The notes beneath the pieces were generated by a model. That model worked only from the letters and a program-made list of their open reading frames with translations, made no database searches and was not told where the DNA came from. Of a DNA stretch of 64,000 nt, positions 42,232 to 51,195 are shown piece by piece. Position 1 is the stretch's first letter; each line of letters opens with the position of its first letter. This DNA is from Candidatus Zixiibacteriota bacterium (lineage in GTDB: Bacteria > Zixibacteria > MSB-5A5 > GN15 > FEB-12), in contig JAJRQO010000007.1 in assembly GCA_024280215.1 (NCBI GenBank), forward strand, positions 35,371 through 99,370, given 5' to 3'. Position numbers and translations under genes: made by a program.

Positions 42232-43386
42232 TTACATGCCGTCATTCCAAGTGTCATCTGTTGAATCAACAACACTCGCACGACATCTGTTTTTCCATCG
42301 ACCTTGCATAAAACCACGCTCAACAGAATCAGATGAACGGTATCTGCCGTCCAAAACACCTATCTGAGCTCGCTCAGTATTAAAAATTTCCGCCTGAAAC
42401 ATTCCGCCAACCATCGTTGAATCATGCATATTATCTTGATTTTCATGATATCGGCCTTTTATAAAACCTTCAAATTGCCCATTACGACCAACATATTTCC
42501 CAAAGAGAACATTTTCTCCTCTGTCATTTACACCATAATGACCTTTTACAAAGCCACTAATTGAACCATCTTCGGCTATCCACATACCTCGGAAAAGTCC
42601 TTGACCGTTTTCATCATAACCCCAGAAACCATTAAAAAAACCAGCTGGACATTCCCGACGGTCTAATTTCAATGCATGAAATGCAACCGCATTTGAATCT
42701 GAAAGAGTCACAACGGTGTCCAATGATTCCAACTCTTGCAAACTAAAAGTTCTACTATATGGACCGGTTGTAAATGTCACTTCGACATCATCGCTAATAA
42801 TAAATGTCGTATCTACAACAAGCACTTCTGTTGAGTCACCAACTGCATCATACTCCCATACATATGAACTATCAAAAATTGGAGGTAGAGGAGGGACGAT
42901 TAAATCAATTGCAATACCATCATTATGAACCGTTGTTTGTGATTGCCATTCAATGAGCGTACGTTCAGTTCGTGGTAAGATAAAATCTTGATTCAATTCC
43001 CAATGTATCAACCGTCTGATTACTTCGCCACCACGACTAATCTGTAGCGAGCCTGACCAATCTGTTGCTGAAGTGTGAGTTGAATCATACCGAAGTTGAC
43101 CCCAGACAATACGCATATGGTATCGTCCTGCAAATGGATGTTCCGCCAATGAATCAAATCCAGCTGAACTCAAAATTGGGTCATTAAAGTCGACATCATT
43201 GCTCGATTCGGTTATGAGTTGTGGCTCATTAAAAGCATACGATTCTGATGTAGCAGTATAACCACCAAATTCTGAACTTAAATCCAATTCTTCAGTGCTT
43301 TGGGATGTGTCAGTCGGACTGTCGGAACATCCTACAAATGCTAATAAAAGCATCAGACTGAAAAAAATTACTGTTTTGTGTTTCAT
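42232..43386 (-). CDS. Hypothetical lipoprotein with Gly/aromatic repeats in the C-terminal third
   Basis: Lipobox LLLAFVGCSD. The C-terminal part repeats G-F-x-K-G-x-Y-like motifs (GFVKGHYG, GFIKGRYH, GFMQGRWK). Confidence 0.4.
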   Translation of the reverse strand: MKHKTVIFFSLMLLLAFVGCSDSPTDTSQSTEELDLSSEFGGYTATSESYAFNEPQLITESSNDVDFNDPILSSAGFDSLAEHPFAGRYHMRIVWGQLRYDSTHTSATDWSGSLQISRGGEVIRRLIHWELNQDFILPRTERTLIEWQSQTTVHNDGIAIDLIVPPLPPIFDSSYVWEYDAVGDSTEVLVVDTTFIISDDVEVTFTTGPYSRTFSLQELESLDTVVTLSDSNAVAFHALKLDRRECPAGFFNGFWGYDENGQGLFRGMWIAEDGSISGFVKGHYGVNDRGENVLFGKYVGRNGQFEGFIKGRYHENQDNMHDSTMVGGMFQAEIFNTERAQIGVLDGRYRSSDSVERGFMQGRWKNRCRASVVDSTDDTWNDGM

Positions 43387-43508
43387 AAATCCTCCAAAAA
43401 TTGTTACGAGCCGGCATATTTAAATTGTTGTAAGCATATTGCTTACCATTATAATTTCATTTATTATGGCTATAAGATAAACTGATGACAAAAAAAGATT
43501 AAAATTAT

Positions 43509-43556
43509 TTGACTTTTTATCGAATTATATGTATAAATAGATAGATGAATGTCTAT
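43509..43556 (+). promoter_or_regulatory. Putative promoter with overlapping inverted repeat upstream of arsR
   Basis: TTGACT lies at 43509-43514, followed by a 17-nt spacer and TATAAA at 43532-43537. ATAGA-N10-TCTAT lies at 43537-43556, directly abutting the -10 element. Confidence 0.4.
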
Positions 43557-43577
43557 ATAAAGAAAGTGATTGTCTGA

Positions 43578-43862
43578 ATGAGTGACCAGTGTTGCCAAAT
43601 ATTTCATGCCTTAGGGGATAAAACCAGACTCAAGATTTTGGAACTTCTAAAATCAAATGAAATCTGTGTCTCAGATATTTGCTCTCATTTTGATATGACT
43701 CAACCATCCATTTCGCATCATCTCGATATTTTAAAACGAGCAGGTCTGGTAAGTTCGGACAAAAGAGGAAGGGAAGTATACTACACTTTCAAAAATGATG
43801 TTCTTATTGAATGTTGCGGAAAACAATTTTCTATATTCGATTTGGCACTAAAGCCAAAATAA
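43578..43862 (+). CDS. ArsR/SmtB-family metalloregulator with N- and C-terminal vicinal Cys pairs
   Basis: 94 aa with the HTH_5 core (LGDKTRLKILELL...ICVSDICSHFDMTQPSISHHLDILKRAGLV). Cysteines are at C5, C6, C30, C35, C79 and C80. Confidence 0.85.
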   Translation: MSDQCCQIFHALGDKTRLKILELLKSNEICVSDICSHFDMTQPSISHHLDILKRAGLVSSDKRGREVYYTFKNDVLIECCGKQFSIFDLALKPK

Positions 43863-43876
43863 TATTTTTTTAACTA

Positions 43877-43900
43877 ACATATAGATAATTACCTATATGT
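43877..43900 (+). promoter_or_regulatory. Perfect 8-8-8 inverted repeat between arsR and the Cys-rich ORF
   Basis: ACATATAG-N8-CTATATGT. It shares the ATAGA/TCTAT half-site words with the site upstream of arsR. Confidence 0.4.
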
Positions 43901-43918
43901 CTATCAAAGGAGTTTCAA

Positions 43919-44113
43919 ATGCTTACATGTTGCTTAAACTATCAAGACCTGTGTGAGAATTTTTCATGCGATGTTCAGAAAATCGAAAATGGTGTAACAA
44001 TTGTTTTTACAAGTGGCGACAAAGAAAAAGTGGAAGCACTACACAAAATGACCGATGGTGCCAAAACACTTTGTTGCTCATCAGATGATAAAACAAAAAC
44101 ATCTTGCTGTTAA
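43919..44113 (+). CDS. Cysteine-rich 64-aa protein (three CC pairs), putative thiophilic-metal or metalloid binder
   Basis: AAAGGAG lies 6 nt upstream of the ATG. Eight of 64 residues are Cys (C4, C5, C12, C17, C52, C53, C63, C64). A hairpin terminator follows. Confidence 0.5.
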   Translation: MLTCCLNYQDLCENFSCDVQKIENGVTIVFTSGDKEKVEALHKMTDGAKTLCCSSDDKTKTSCC

Positions 44114-44122
44114 TTATTTTAA

Positions 44123-44154
44123 TATAACAGGAGCGTGACGACGCTCCCGTTATA
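44123..44154. terminator. Hairpin terminator between convergent genes
   Basis: TATAACAGGAGCG-TGACGA-CGCTCCCGTTATA, a 13-bp stem with one mismatch and AT-rich flanks on both sides. Confidence 0.6.
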
Positions 44155-44167
44155 TTTATTGTTCTGA

Positions 44168-44704
44168 TTATTCAGATTTATACGGAATATTATGCTTTTT
44201 GTAAAACTGTGTTAAAGCAGTTTCTGTTTCACTGATCCATTCAAACAATACATCTTGTTGTTCACCTTCAATCAATGACCCCCAATGAAAAATCCGATAC
44301 CCCAGTATTGGCATCTCACCCTCTTCAACTTCTTCCTTTAACTCATGCAAAATTTCCAAAATTGGTTCTTTGCTTTTGAATGGAAAGCCATCAGTAAAGT
44401 CAAGATGTCTCCGTCCATCTTCAATGTGAGCAATTATTAACCCATTAATACCTGGAAGATTAAAATACCACGGTTCTTTAGTCATAGCAGAGTGACAATC
44501 GTAGCAAGAATTCTCAAGTATCGGTTTTACCGATTCAAAACTTTTATTAATTTGTGCAAAAAGTAAATCTTGTTCAATTTGAACTGAATCTACAATAATA
44601 GCTTTGACTTCTCCCGTAGGTTTAGAGCTATTGCCTACTTGTACCATAACAAACAAACTCATGATAAGAGTTGTCATTACTAAAGTTTTTTTGTGTAAAA
44701 ACAT
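44168..44704 (-). CDS. Haem-binding-domain protein (CXXCH, Haem_bd-like), N-terminally anchored
   Basis: Contains NSCYDCHSAMTKEPWYFNLPG...GRRHLDF. The ATG at 44704 avoids overlap with murQ. Confidence 0.6.
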   Translation of the reverse strand: MFLHKKTLVMTTLIMSLFVMVQVGNSSKPTGEVKAIIVDSVQIEQDLLFAQINKSFESVKPILENSCYDCHSAMTKEPWYFNLPGINGLIIAHIEDGRRHLDFTDGFPFKSKEPILEILHELKEEVEEGEMPILGYRIFHWGSLIEGEQQDVLFEWISETETALTQFYKKHNIPYKSE

Positions 44705-44705
44705 A

Positions 44706-45632
44706 TTATACCTCTTTCTTAATTTGAGAAATAAACCCACCAGCATTATCTATCAGCATTTTCGCTTTTTCACGAGAACAATTATGCATATTCATGACAA
44801 GTCCGACTTTTACCGAACCAGATGCAGACACAAGTAGGCTATCAGCATCTTCATACGTTATATGAAGTAGCTCCATAAGTGTCTTACGAGAGCGAGCAGA
44901 AAGTTTTTTCGATGTTGCCTGCAAGTCAACCATCCTGTTACCGTACGTCTTACCAAGCAAAACCATAGCTGTTGTAGAAATCATATTAAGAGTCATCTTC
45001 TGTGCTGTCCCAGATTTCATACGAGTCGAACCAGTGATAACTTCAGGACCAACAGGAAGCTCAATCATAAAGTCAATAAACGTACGATCATCATTACTAT
45101 CCCATTTGTTACAACAAATAAACCCAGTCGCACAATTAATCGAGTGAGCATATTCAAGACCACTTAATGTATATGGTGTCCTTCTTGAAGCTGCAATTCC
45201 TATAAGTATATCTTTACTTGAGAGAGCATTATTCTTTAAATCAACAACAGCAGCTTCTTTATCATCTTCGACACCCTCTTTTGAAAGCACTAAAGTTTCG
45301 TAGCCACCTGAAATCAGGCCAACAACTTGTGAGGGATCCGATCCAAATGTTGGAGGGCATTCCGATGCGTCCAATACTCCAAGACGACCCGAGGTTCCCG
45401 CACCGATATAAAACAACCTCCCATTATTTTTTAAAGATTCAGCAACTTTCTCAGATGTCTCTGCGATTATATCGAGTTGTGAATGTACGACATCTGCAAC
45501 AAGTTTATCTTCGTTATTGATGATTGTTACAATTTCTGAGGCGGACTTTTTATCTAATTCAAGTGAATTTTGATTTACTTGCTCCGTAGTCAAAACATCG
45601 AGTGTTTGCACTAATTTTTTGAAATCATTCAT
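44706..45632 (-). CDS. murQ: N-acetylmuramic acid 6-phosphate etherase
   Basis: 308 aa with a SIS domain (GRLFYIGAGTSGRLGVLDASECPPTF) and the motif ITGSTRMKSGTAQK. Confidence 0.85.
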   Translation of the reverse strand: MNDFKKLVQTLDVLTTEQVNQNSLELDKKSASEIVTIINNEDKLVADVVHSQLDIIAETSEKVAESLKNNGRLFYIGAGTSGRLGVLDASECPPTFGSDPSQVVGLISGGYETLVLSKEGVEDDKEAAVVDLKNNALSSKDILIGIAASRRTPYTLSGLEYAHSINCATGFICCNKWDSNDDRTFIDFMIELPVGPEVITGSTRMKSGTAQKMTLNMISTTAMVLLGKTYGNRMVDLQATSKKLSARSRKTLMELLHITYEDADSLLVSASGSVKVGLVMNMHNCSREKAKMLIDNAGGFISQIKKEV

Positions 45633-45674
45633 ACGTAATGTATAGGTAGAAAAAAGAGATGGTGCAATTAAAAA

Positions 45675-46478
45675 CTAATTTGAAACAACATGAATCATGG
45701 CTTTACTTGAAACAGTAATTGATCCAAAATTCCCCGTTAGATTAGCGTGGTTTATGTTGTTTGATAATTGAGATGGAAATGCAACTGGTAACATTTCTGA
45801 CGACAAGGCTACATCTGGAGAACCATGATACCCATACACATAAATATTGTACCAACCAGTATCTGGGTTAGTCTGTAATGGATTTATACGGAAAGCATCG
45901 CCAGGAATAGTTGTTGAAGTACCCATTTCAGTTACATAAGCAGAATAACCAATATTAGTATATTCAAAACCGTCAAGTACGACCGCAACAACATATCCAT
46001 CAATATTGGCAGCCGATGACCATTCTACAAAGATAGGAGTACCATTTGTATTAGGAATTAATGGATCGGGCGAATTTGTTATCGAAAGTGAATCTAAAAC
46101 AAATGTAGATACTGTATCACCAAAAAGTGCTGCATCAGCAATGTTAATAGTCGTGGTAGCAGGGATTTTATATGCTCTTGGTGAAGAAGTAAACGTATAT
46201 ATAGAATCAGTTATGTCAAATCCTAAAACGGAATTTCCAAAAAAGAGCTGAGCAGTTTGTAACTCAACAGTATTACGAGTCATAGTAGCAGCAAAATTGT
46301 TAGAGTCAGTTTTTAATGCGGTAACATTAACATCCTGTACAAAAACACCGTTTAAAGTGTATTTATAAGTTGAGCCAGGTGGTTCGATTATATCAGAACT
46401 TCCATTACAGCCAGCTAAAATAGCGATTAATACTATAATCGCAAAAATATTAATTCTTAAATTTTTCATCTTTTCCAT
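45675..46478 (-). CDS. Hypothetical lipoprotein
   Basis: Signal peptide plus lipobox (LIAILAGCNGS). No recognisable family. Confidence 0.4.
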   Translation of the reverse strand: MEKMKNLRINIFAIIVLIAILAGCNGSSDIIEPPGSTYKYTLNGVFVQDVNVTALKTDSNNFAATMTRNTVELQTAQLFFGNSVLGFDITDSIYTFTSSPRAYKIPATTTINIADAALFGDTVSTFVLDSLSITNSPDPLIPNTNGTPIFVEWSSAANIDGYVVAVVLDGFEYTNIGYSAYVTEMGTSTTIPGDAFRINPLQTNPDTGWYNIYVYGYHGSPDVALSSEMLPVAFPSQLSNNINHANLTGNFGSITVSSKAMIHVVSN

Positions 46479-46522
46479 ACAATATATATCGACTATTTCA
46501 GACTATATATGAACTAAAAAAT

Positions 46523-46550
46523 AAAAAAAACGGAGCTTTTTACAGCTCCG
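46523..46550 (-). terminator. Rho-independent terminator of the MMPL-LolA-like-OMP-DUF2892 operon
   Basis: On the minus strand the sequence reads CGGAGCT-GTAAAA-AGCTCCG followed by T8. Confidence 0.7.
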
Positions 46551-46571
46551 CCCACAATGAAGGAGGTTTTT

Positions 46572-46727
46572 CTATTTCTTTTTGTAAATCAACGCTTTCA
46601 TAATCAGTTCCGCTGGACAAAACTTCGTAATCGAAGATTGAAAAAGATTCACGCCAACAAAAGCCGTCAGATACAACCAGTAACCATCTGGATTAAAATG
46701 GTTCAAAATCAGCGAGGCAATAATCAT
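46572..46727 (-). CDS. DUF2892/YgaP-like small membrane protein (not in the ORF track because it is under 60 aa)
   Basis: My manual translation is MIIASLILNHFNPDGYWLYLTAFVGVNLFQSSITKFCPAELIMKALIYKKK. The ..G.NLFQSS.T.FCP motif is characteristic. The frame extends upstream to ATG ACT TTA TAA (46766-46755). Confidence 0.5.
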   Translation of the reverse strand: MIIASLILNHFNPDGYWLYLTAFVGVNLFQSSITKFCPAELIMKALIYKKK

Positions 46728-46783
46728 TGTTCCCGCAAGAAACCGAACTGAATTTTATAAAGTCATAATATGTTTTTCCAAAT

Positions 46784-48049
46784 TTAAAAATTATAAGTCA
46801 TTTTAGTATATATATTATCATTCAATGAAAATTGCCCAAACTCAGTATTGGCATAATTCCCATCAAAAACATTTGCTCCAACTGTCAATCTGATTTCATC
46901 GGAGTAGTTATAGGTGGTCGAAAACCGAAAATACAAATCTTCTTCATCAGGAGAATAAAAAACAAATCCCGATACCATGACAGTTTCATCTACCATCATT
47001 TTAGTCACACGACTTGTGATCAAATGTTTCACTTCTTCACGATAATGCAGCCCTGGTGTTTGTTGAGCGACAAATGAATCATACTCCATCATCTTATCTG
47101 CTTGCCATTGTAAGTTAGCTGTTAAGCCTGTTGCTATCTGACGTTCAAATCCAACCATGCCACTAACCGATGAGTTCGGCATAAATGGATTGTCACCATC
47201 TGGGTCATCTTTGGAATTATAATAACCACCTTCAAGCCAAACAATACCGCCAAACTTTGCTCCACGAATTGAAGCACCATGAAGTTCCATCCTTGGATAT
47301 ACTGGCATCATGGTGTTGGCATCCAAGCCAAGAGGGTTTTTGTAAAAACCTTTATAGAAATATAATGCGACAGAATACATCCCAACCTGTTTTTGAAAAC
47401 GGGCAGCAAATTCTGAATTTCCAAAAGTTTTTGCTGGTTCGTCAGGGTTAAAATAAAAATTCTCATCCATAGCAGTTCCAACAATAGAACCAATAAATGG
47501 ATTGTAATAACTCAACCGTTCGCCAGTCGGAAGACGGTTTGATTCAAATGATGGAGCAAAGACAAACGAAAAGGCTCCTATTGAATTATAGTATTCCATC
47601 CGAAGTGCAGTTTGTGGAGCTTTCAAGTATTGATCATCACGTCCTAAGAAAAATGAACGGTAGTCTTTGGCAAAAACATCATTGATGAAAATCAAATCAC
47701 CAGTACCCCAAGTAAGAATCTGACGACCGACTTTAAAATCAAGTTTGCTACCTAATTTAAATTTTAGATATGCTTCTCTGATTTCCCAGTCATACTGATT
47801 ATCTTCATCGGCGAGTCCATCATAGAGAAAATCAACCCGTGAGAAAAATTCACCATTGTCACCAATAGATTCCATGCGTAATTGCAGTCTTGTTTCAGAA
47901 ACCGATTGGTCGGACTTAGTTGGGTTATCAGATTCAAGTTGCCCACCAAAAAGTCCTTGCAAGTACCCGTCGGTATATAGTTCTGCATGGGTAGGCGAAA
48001 CTACGACCAGCAGGACTAACAGAGCCAATATATATGTTATGTTTTTCAT
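46784..48049 (-). CDS. Outer-membrane beta-barrel protein (porin-like)
   Basis: Signal peptide (..VSPTHAELY), alternating amphipathic strands and the C-terminal ..KMTYNF. Confidence 0.55.
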   Translation of the reverse strand: MKNITYILALLVLLVVVSPTHAELYTDGYLQGLFGGQLESDNPTKSDQSVSETRLQLRMESIGDNGEFFSRVDFLYDGLADEDNQYDWEIREAYLKFKLGSKLDFKVGRQILTWGTGDLIFINDVFAKDYRSFFLGRDDQYLKAPQTALRMEYYNSIGAFSFVFAPSFESNRLPTGERLSYYNPFIGSIVGTAMDENFYFNPDEPAKTFGNSEFAARFQKQVGMYSVALYFYKGFYKNPLGLDANTMMPVYPRMELHGASIRGAKFGGIVWLEGGYYNSKDDPDGDNPFMPNSSVSGMVGFERQIATGLTANLQWQADKMMEYDSFVAQQTPGLHYREEVKHLITSRVTKMMVDETVMVSGFVFYSPDEEDLYFRFSTTYNYSDEIRLTVGANVFDGNYANTEFGQFSLNDNIYTKMTYNF

Positions 48050-48063
48050 TGTATCAATCTCAC

Positions 48064-48867
48064 TTACTTCTTAATGTATTTCCGTGGTGGGTTTTTCAAA
48101 TAACGTTCGGTGAAAATTTCATCTTTGACTCCAACGTTGTAACTAATTTTATTAAAGTCAACTATCGTATGTCCACCTTTTTTGATATTATTCATTCGAC
48201 GAGTTGTGATTGTAGTTATCCCATCGACAACTTCGATTTTTACCGCGACAAACTCTTTCACTAATTTATCTTTTTTATTGTAGTACTCTTCTTTAAGTGG
48301 AAGCATCGACTCTTTGTCAATGTAGGAAACTTTGCGTGAAAAGCCTTTGTATTTTTCTTTTGGAATAGACTCAATAACATAGACAGTCTTTCCGTCCAAT
48401 GTTTCTTCACCTTTTAAAGTATGATTATCTTCCGTCCAATGACGACCCGAAACATCTTCGTAAGAGAAATCAGAACCTACAAAACTTGAGTTCTTATCAT
48501 CTGCAGAAATCGGTTTGATTAAATCAATCGATGGAACATAAATCCAACGTTGGTCATTACCAACAGATGTTTTATGAACCATAAATGTTACCCGTGATAC
48601 ATCGGATGGTTTTTTGAAGTAAGTGTAATATTTTTGATCGCCACCTTCTTCATTGTCTAAGCGAATCATAATAAACTCACGAACACGTTCTTTCCCTTTT
48701 TTAGAAACGATAGTCATAGTCACATCAGAAACGCCATCGTCGCCAGCATAAAAATATGCAAGATGCGATTTTTTCATAAGTTCATTTGCATCTTGTGCCG
48801 ATGCGTAACCGCTTGAGATACCAAGTATCAACAACAGTGCCAAAACAGTTTTCATTGTTTGTTTCAT
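48064..48867 (-). CDS. Outer-membrane lipoprotein-sorting (LolA-like) protein
   Basis: Signal peptide followed by ..DQRWIYVPSIDLIKPISADDKNSSFVGSDFSYEDVSGR.., which is typical of the LolA_like family. Confidence 0.7.
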   Translation of the reverse strand: MKQTMKTVLALLLILGISSGYASAQDANELMKKSHLAYFYAGDDGVSDVTMTIVSKKGKERVREFIMIRLDNEEGGDQKYYTYFKKPSDVSRVTFMVHKTSVGNDQRWIYVPSIDLIKPISADDKNSSFVGSDFSYEDVSGRHWTEDNHTLKGEETLDGKTVYVIESIPKEKYKGFSRKVSYIDKESMLPLKEEYYNKKDKLVKEFVAVKIEVVDGITTITTRRMNNIKKGGHTIVDFNKISYNVGVKDEIFTERYLKNPPRKYIKK

Positions 48868-48900
48868 AATAATTTCCTTCTATTGTTTTTTTCTTTTCTA

Positions 48901-51195
48901 CTATTTAAATAATGATTTTTTAAACATTTGTGTTATCGATGGTAACAATAACATTGTGACTAATCCCGATACAATCATGATTGCGAAGAAGAACGCTCCC
49001 ACAGTGATGTATGGTACTAAAGTCGAGAATAACATTGGCAAGAAACCGATAGCAATAACCATAACATTTCGTGAAATCGCTCTACCAGTTCCTTCGAATA
49101 TTTCATGAAAGGACTCATCAAAGTTTTTAGTCCGTTTATGTATAACCCGTAAACGTTGTATAAAGTGAATCGCAAAATCAATTGAGAGTCCCAGCGTCAG
49201 CGACGAGAGCACCGCAACTGGCATGTCGTACGGTTTGCCTATATATCCGATAAAGGCATAAATAGCCATAACGGTTATCGTGAGAGGTAGCATTGAGAAG
49301 AAGCCCCATTTGAAGGAGCGGAACAAAAATACCATCATAAAAAATACTACGACAAATGATGATGCCAAAGATTTTTGCATCCCCGATACCATCTGGTTTT
49401 GCCATTCGATATTTATATATGGAAGTCCTGCCCATTTTACCGTGACACCAGCAGGTGGGAGATTTTCTTCGATGAATTTATTTCCACGGTCAACAACTGC
49501 CGAGACAGCCATGTTGTCACCATTTCTTAACTGTACCCATAAGTTGGCTTTGTCATATTCAGGGGTAACGAATTTAAAGAGATCATCAGGGTCCCCTCCA
49601 GACATCTCAAAAATAAAGAGAAGCTGGGCGATTTCATCACTATTTTTCGGGATGGTCATCTTCGAGGAATCGGCTGCGAACAACTCATAGCGAATTTTCT
49701 TAACTATATCAGTTACACCTGTAGTAGAGCCTACTGTTTTATCTTTAGATAGTTCATCTTGTAGTCGCAACATATAGTTGAGCAACTCTGGTGTCTTCAT
49801 TGACCCTTCATCTTCACTTTCAAAAACCAAGTAGTTCATATAGGTTCCAGCAAGATGAGCGTTCATAGCATTATCAGCAATACGAATAGGATGCGACTTT
49901 TTAAACCATTTAACTGGGTTGTCATTTACAACTATAAGTGACAATCCTACAGCCGCAACAATAACAACAACTCCAAATGTTGCGATAATAGCTTTATATC
50001 TCTTGTGGGCGAGGTCTCTGAATTTATGCATTAATTTGGCAAGCATACCATGTTCTTCATTTGTATCTTTACCGAAGTTACGGAGAGTTTTGTCAGAAAT
50101 AAGCATTGCAATTGCTGGGTTTATAGTAAGAGACAAGAACCATGCCACGACAATACCAAAAGCGACAAAAATACCAAAGACTCTAACAGGTGGAATCGGA
50201 GTGAGTGCCAAAGAAAGGAATCCTGCAACAGTCGTCATCGAGGTAAAGAGCATTGGAACAAATAGCTCATTTATAGAATGCCGAATTGTTGTATCTTTAT
50301 GCTTATACTTTTTAAAGTTATCGTGGAACTCTGATATAATATGAATCGAATTCAGCACAGAAATCGGCATTAGAAATATCGGGATCATCGATGACATTAT
50401 ATGAACAGTATTACCAGTATAAATCAAAAGTCCCATCGCCCATATAACAGACATCATCGCAACAACCATTGGAGCAATAATAATTTTTACTTGTCTGAAA
50501 AAGAGGAAGAGAAGTAAAAATATCACAGCCATTGCCGCTGGGGCAGAGACCGCCATCTGAACAAACATCTCCGAACCAAATGAATCCTCTGCAAGAGGAA
50601 GACCAGCAATATGATACTCAGCGTTACCCCCCAAACGATCAGTGATTTCTTTTATTTCTGTAGAAAGGCGATGTGATATTGTTTTTGATTCAATTGGAAT
50701 AAATATCGCAACCGCTTTGCCATCGTCAGATGCAATCTTTCCGCGAAGAATTGGGTTGTTCATTATCCTCTGGAATATATGTTGTGCTTCTTCATCGGTT
50801 TCAATTTCATCTTCCATGAGAGGCTCAATGACAATCGAACCGCCTGGTCCTTGTTTGATATCATCAACCATTGAAATCGACATTATATCATCTACTATGA
50901 CACCCTCAAGCTCAGCAATCTCTTCTGTAATACGATAGACACGATTGAGTTCGTCAGGGGTAAATGCGGTTGGTTCAGCAATAATACCAACAGCTATAAA
51001 ATCGTATAAATTGAAATTATCTTTTGTTGCAGCATGAAACAGACGAGTTGGCTCATCTGATTCCAGCATGTTTTGTGGATCAGTGTCGATTTTAATCTTT
51101 GGAAATTGCATCGCAAAAAATGCTGTGATTATTACCGCGAGTCCAATAACTATCATTGGTTTCTTTATTGAAAACTCTATTATTGCTTTTCTCAT
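48901..51195 (-). CDS. MMPL/RND-superfamily exporter (two 6-TM bundles, sterol-sensing-domain type)
   Basis: 764 aa with the architecture TM1, periplasmic loop, TM2-6, repeated twice. Confidence 0.8.
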   Translation of the reverse strand: MRKAIIEFSIKKPMIVIGLAVIITAFFAMQFPKIKIDTDPQNMLESDEPTRLFHAATKDNFNLYDFIAVGIIAEPTAFTPDELNRVYRITEEIAELEGVIVDDIMSISMVDDIKQGPGGSIVIEPLMEDEIETDEEAQHIFQRIMNNPILRGKIASDDGKAVAIFIPIESKTISHRLSTEIKEITDRLGGNAEYHIAGLPLAEDSFGSEMFVQMAVSAPAAMAVIFLLLFLFFRQVKIIIAPMVVAMMSVIWAMGLLIYTGNTVHIMSSMIPIFLMPISVLNSIHIISEFHDNFKKYKHKDTTIRHSINELFVPMLFTSMTTVAGFLSLALTPIPPVRVFGIFVAFGIVVAWFLSLTINPAIAMLISDKTLRNFGKDTNEEHGMLAKLMHKFRDLAHKRYKAIIATFGVVVIVAAVGLSLIVVNDNPVKWFKKSHPIRIADNAMNAHLAGTYMNYLVFESEDEGSMKTPELLNYMLRLQDELSKDKTVGSTTGVTDIVKKIRYELFAADSSKMTIPKNSDEIAQLLFIFEMSGGDPDDLFKFVTPEYDKANLWVQLRNGDNMAVSAVVDRGNKFIEENLPPAGVTVKWAGLPYINIEWQNQMVSGMQKSLASSFVVVFFMMVFLFRSFKWGFFSMLPLTITVMAIYAFIGYIGKPYDMPVAVLSSLTLGLSIDFAIHFIQRLRVIHKRTKNFDESFHEIFEGTGRAISRNVMVIAIGFLPMLFSTLVPYITVGAFFFAIMIVSGLVTMLLLPSITQMFKKSLFK

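Noticed and set aside
46755-46766. The in-frame TAA in the DUF2892-like gene as evidence of stop-codon reassignment.
   Set aside because: TAA clearly terminates many well-defined genes in this window at the expected protein ends, so reassignment is not tenable.
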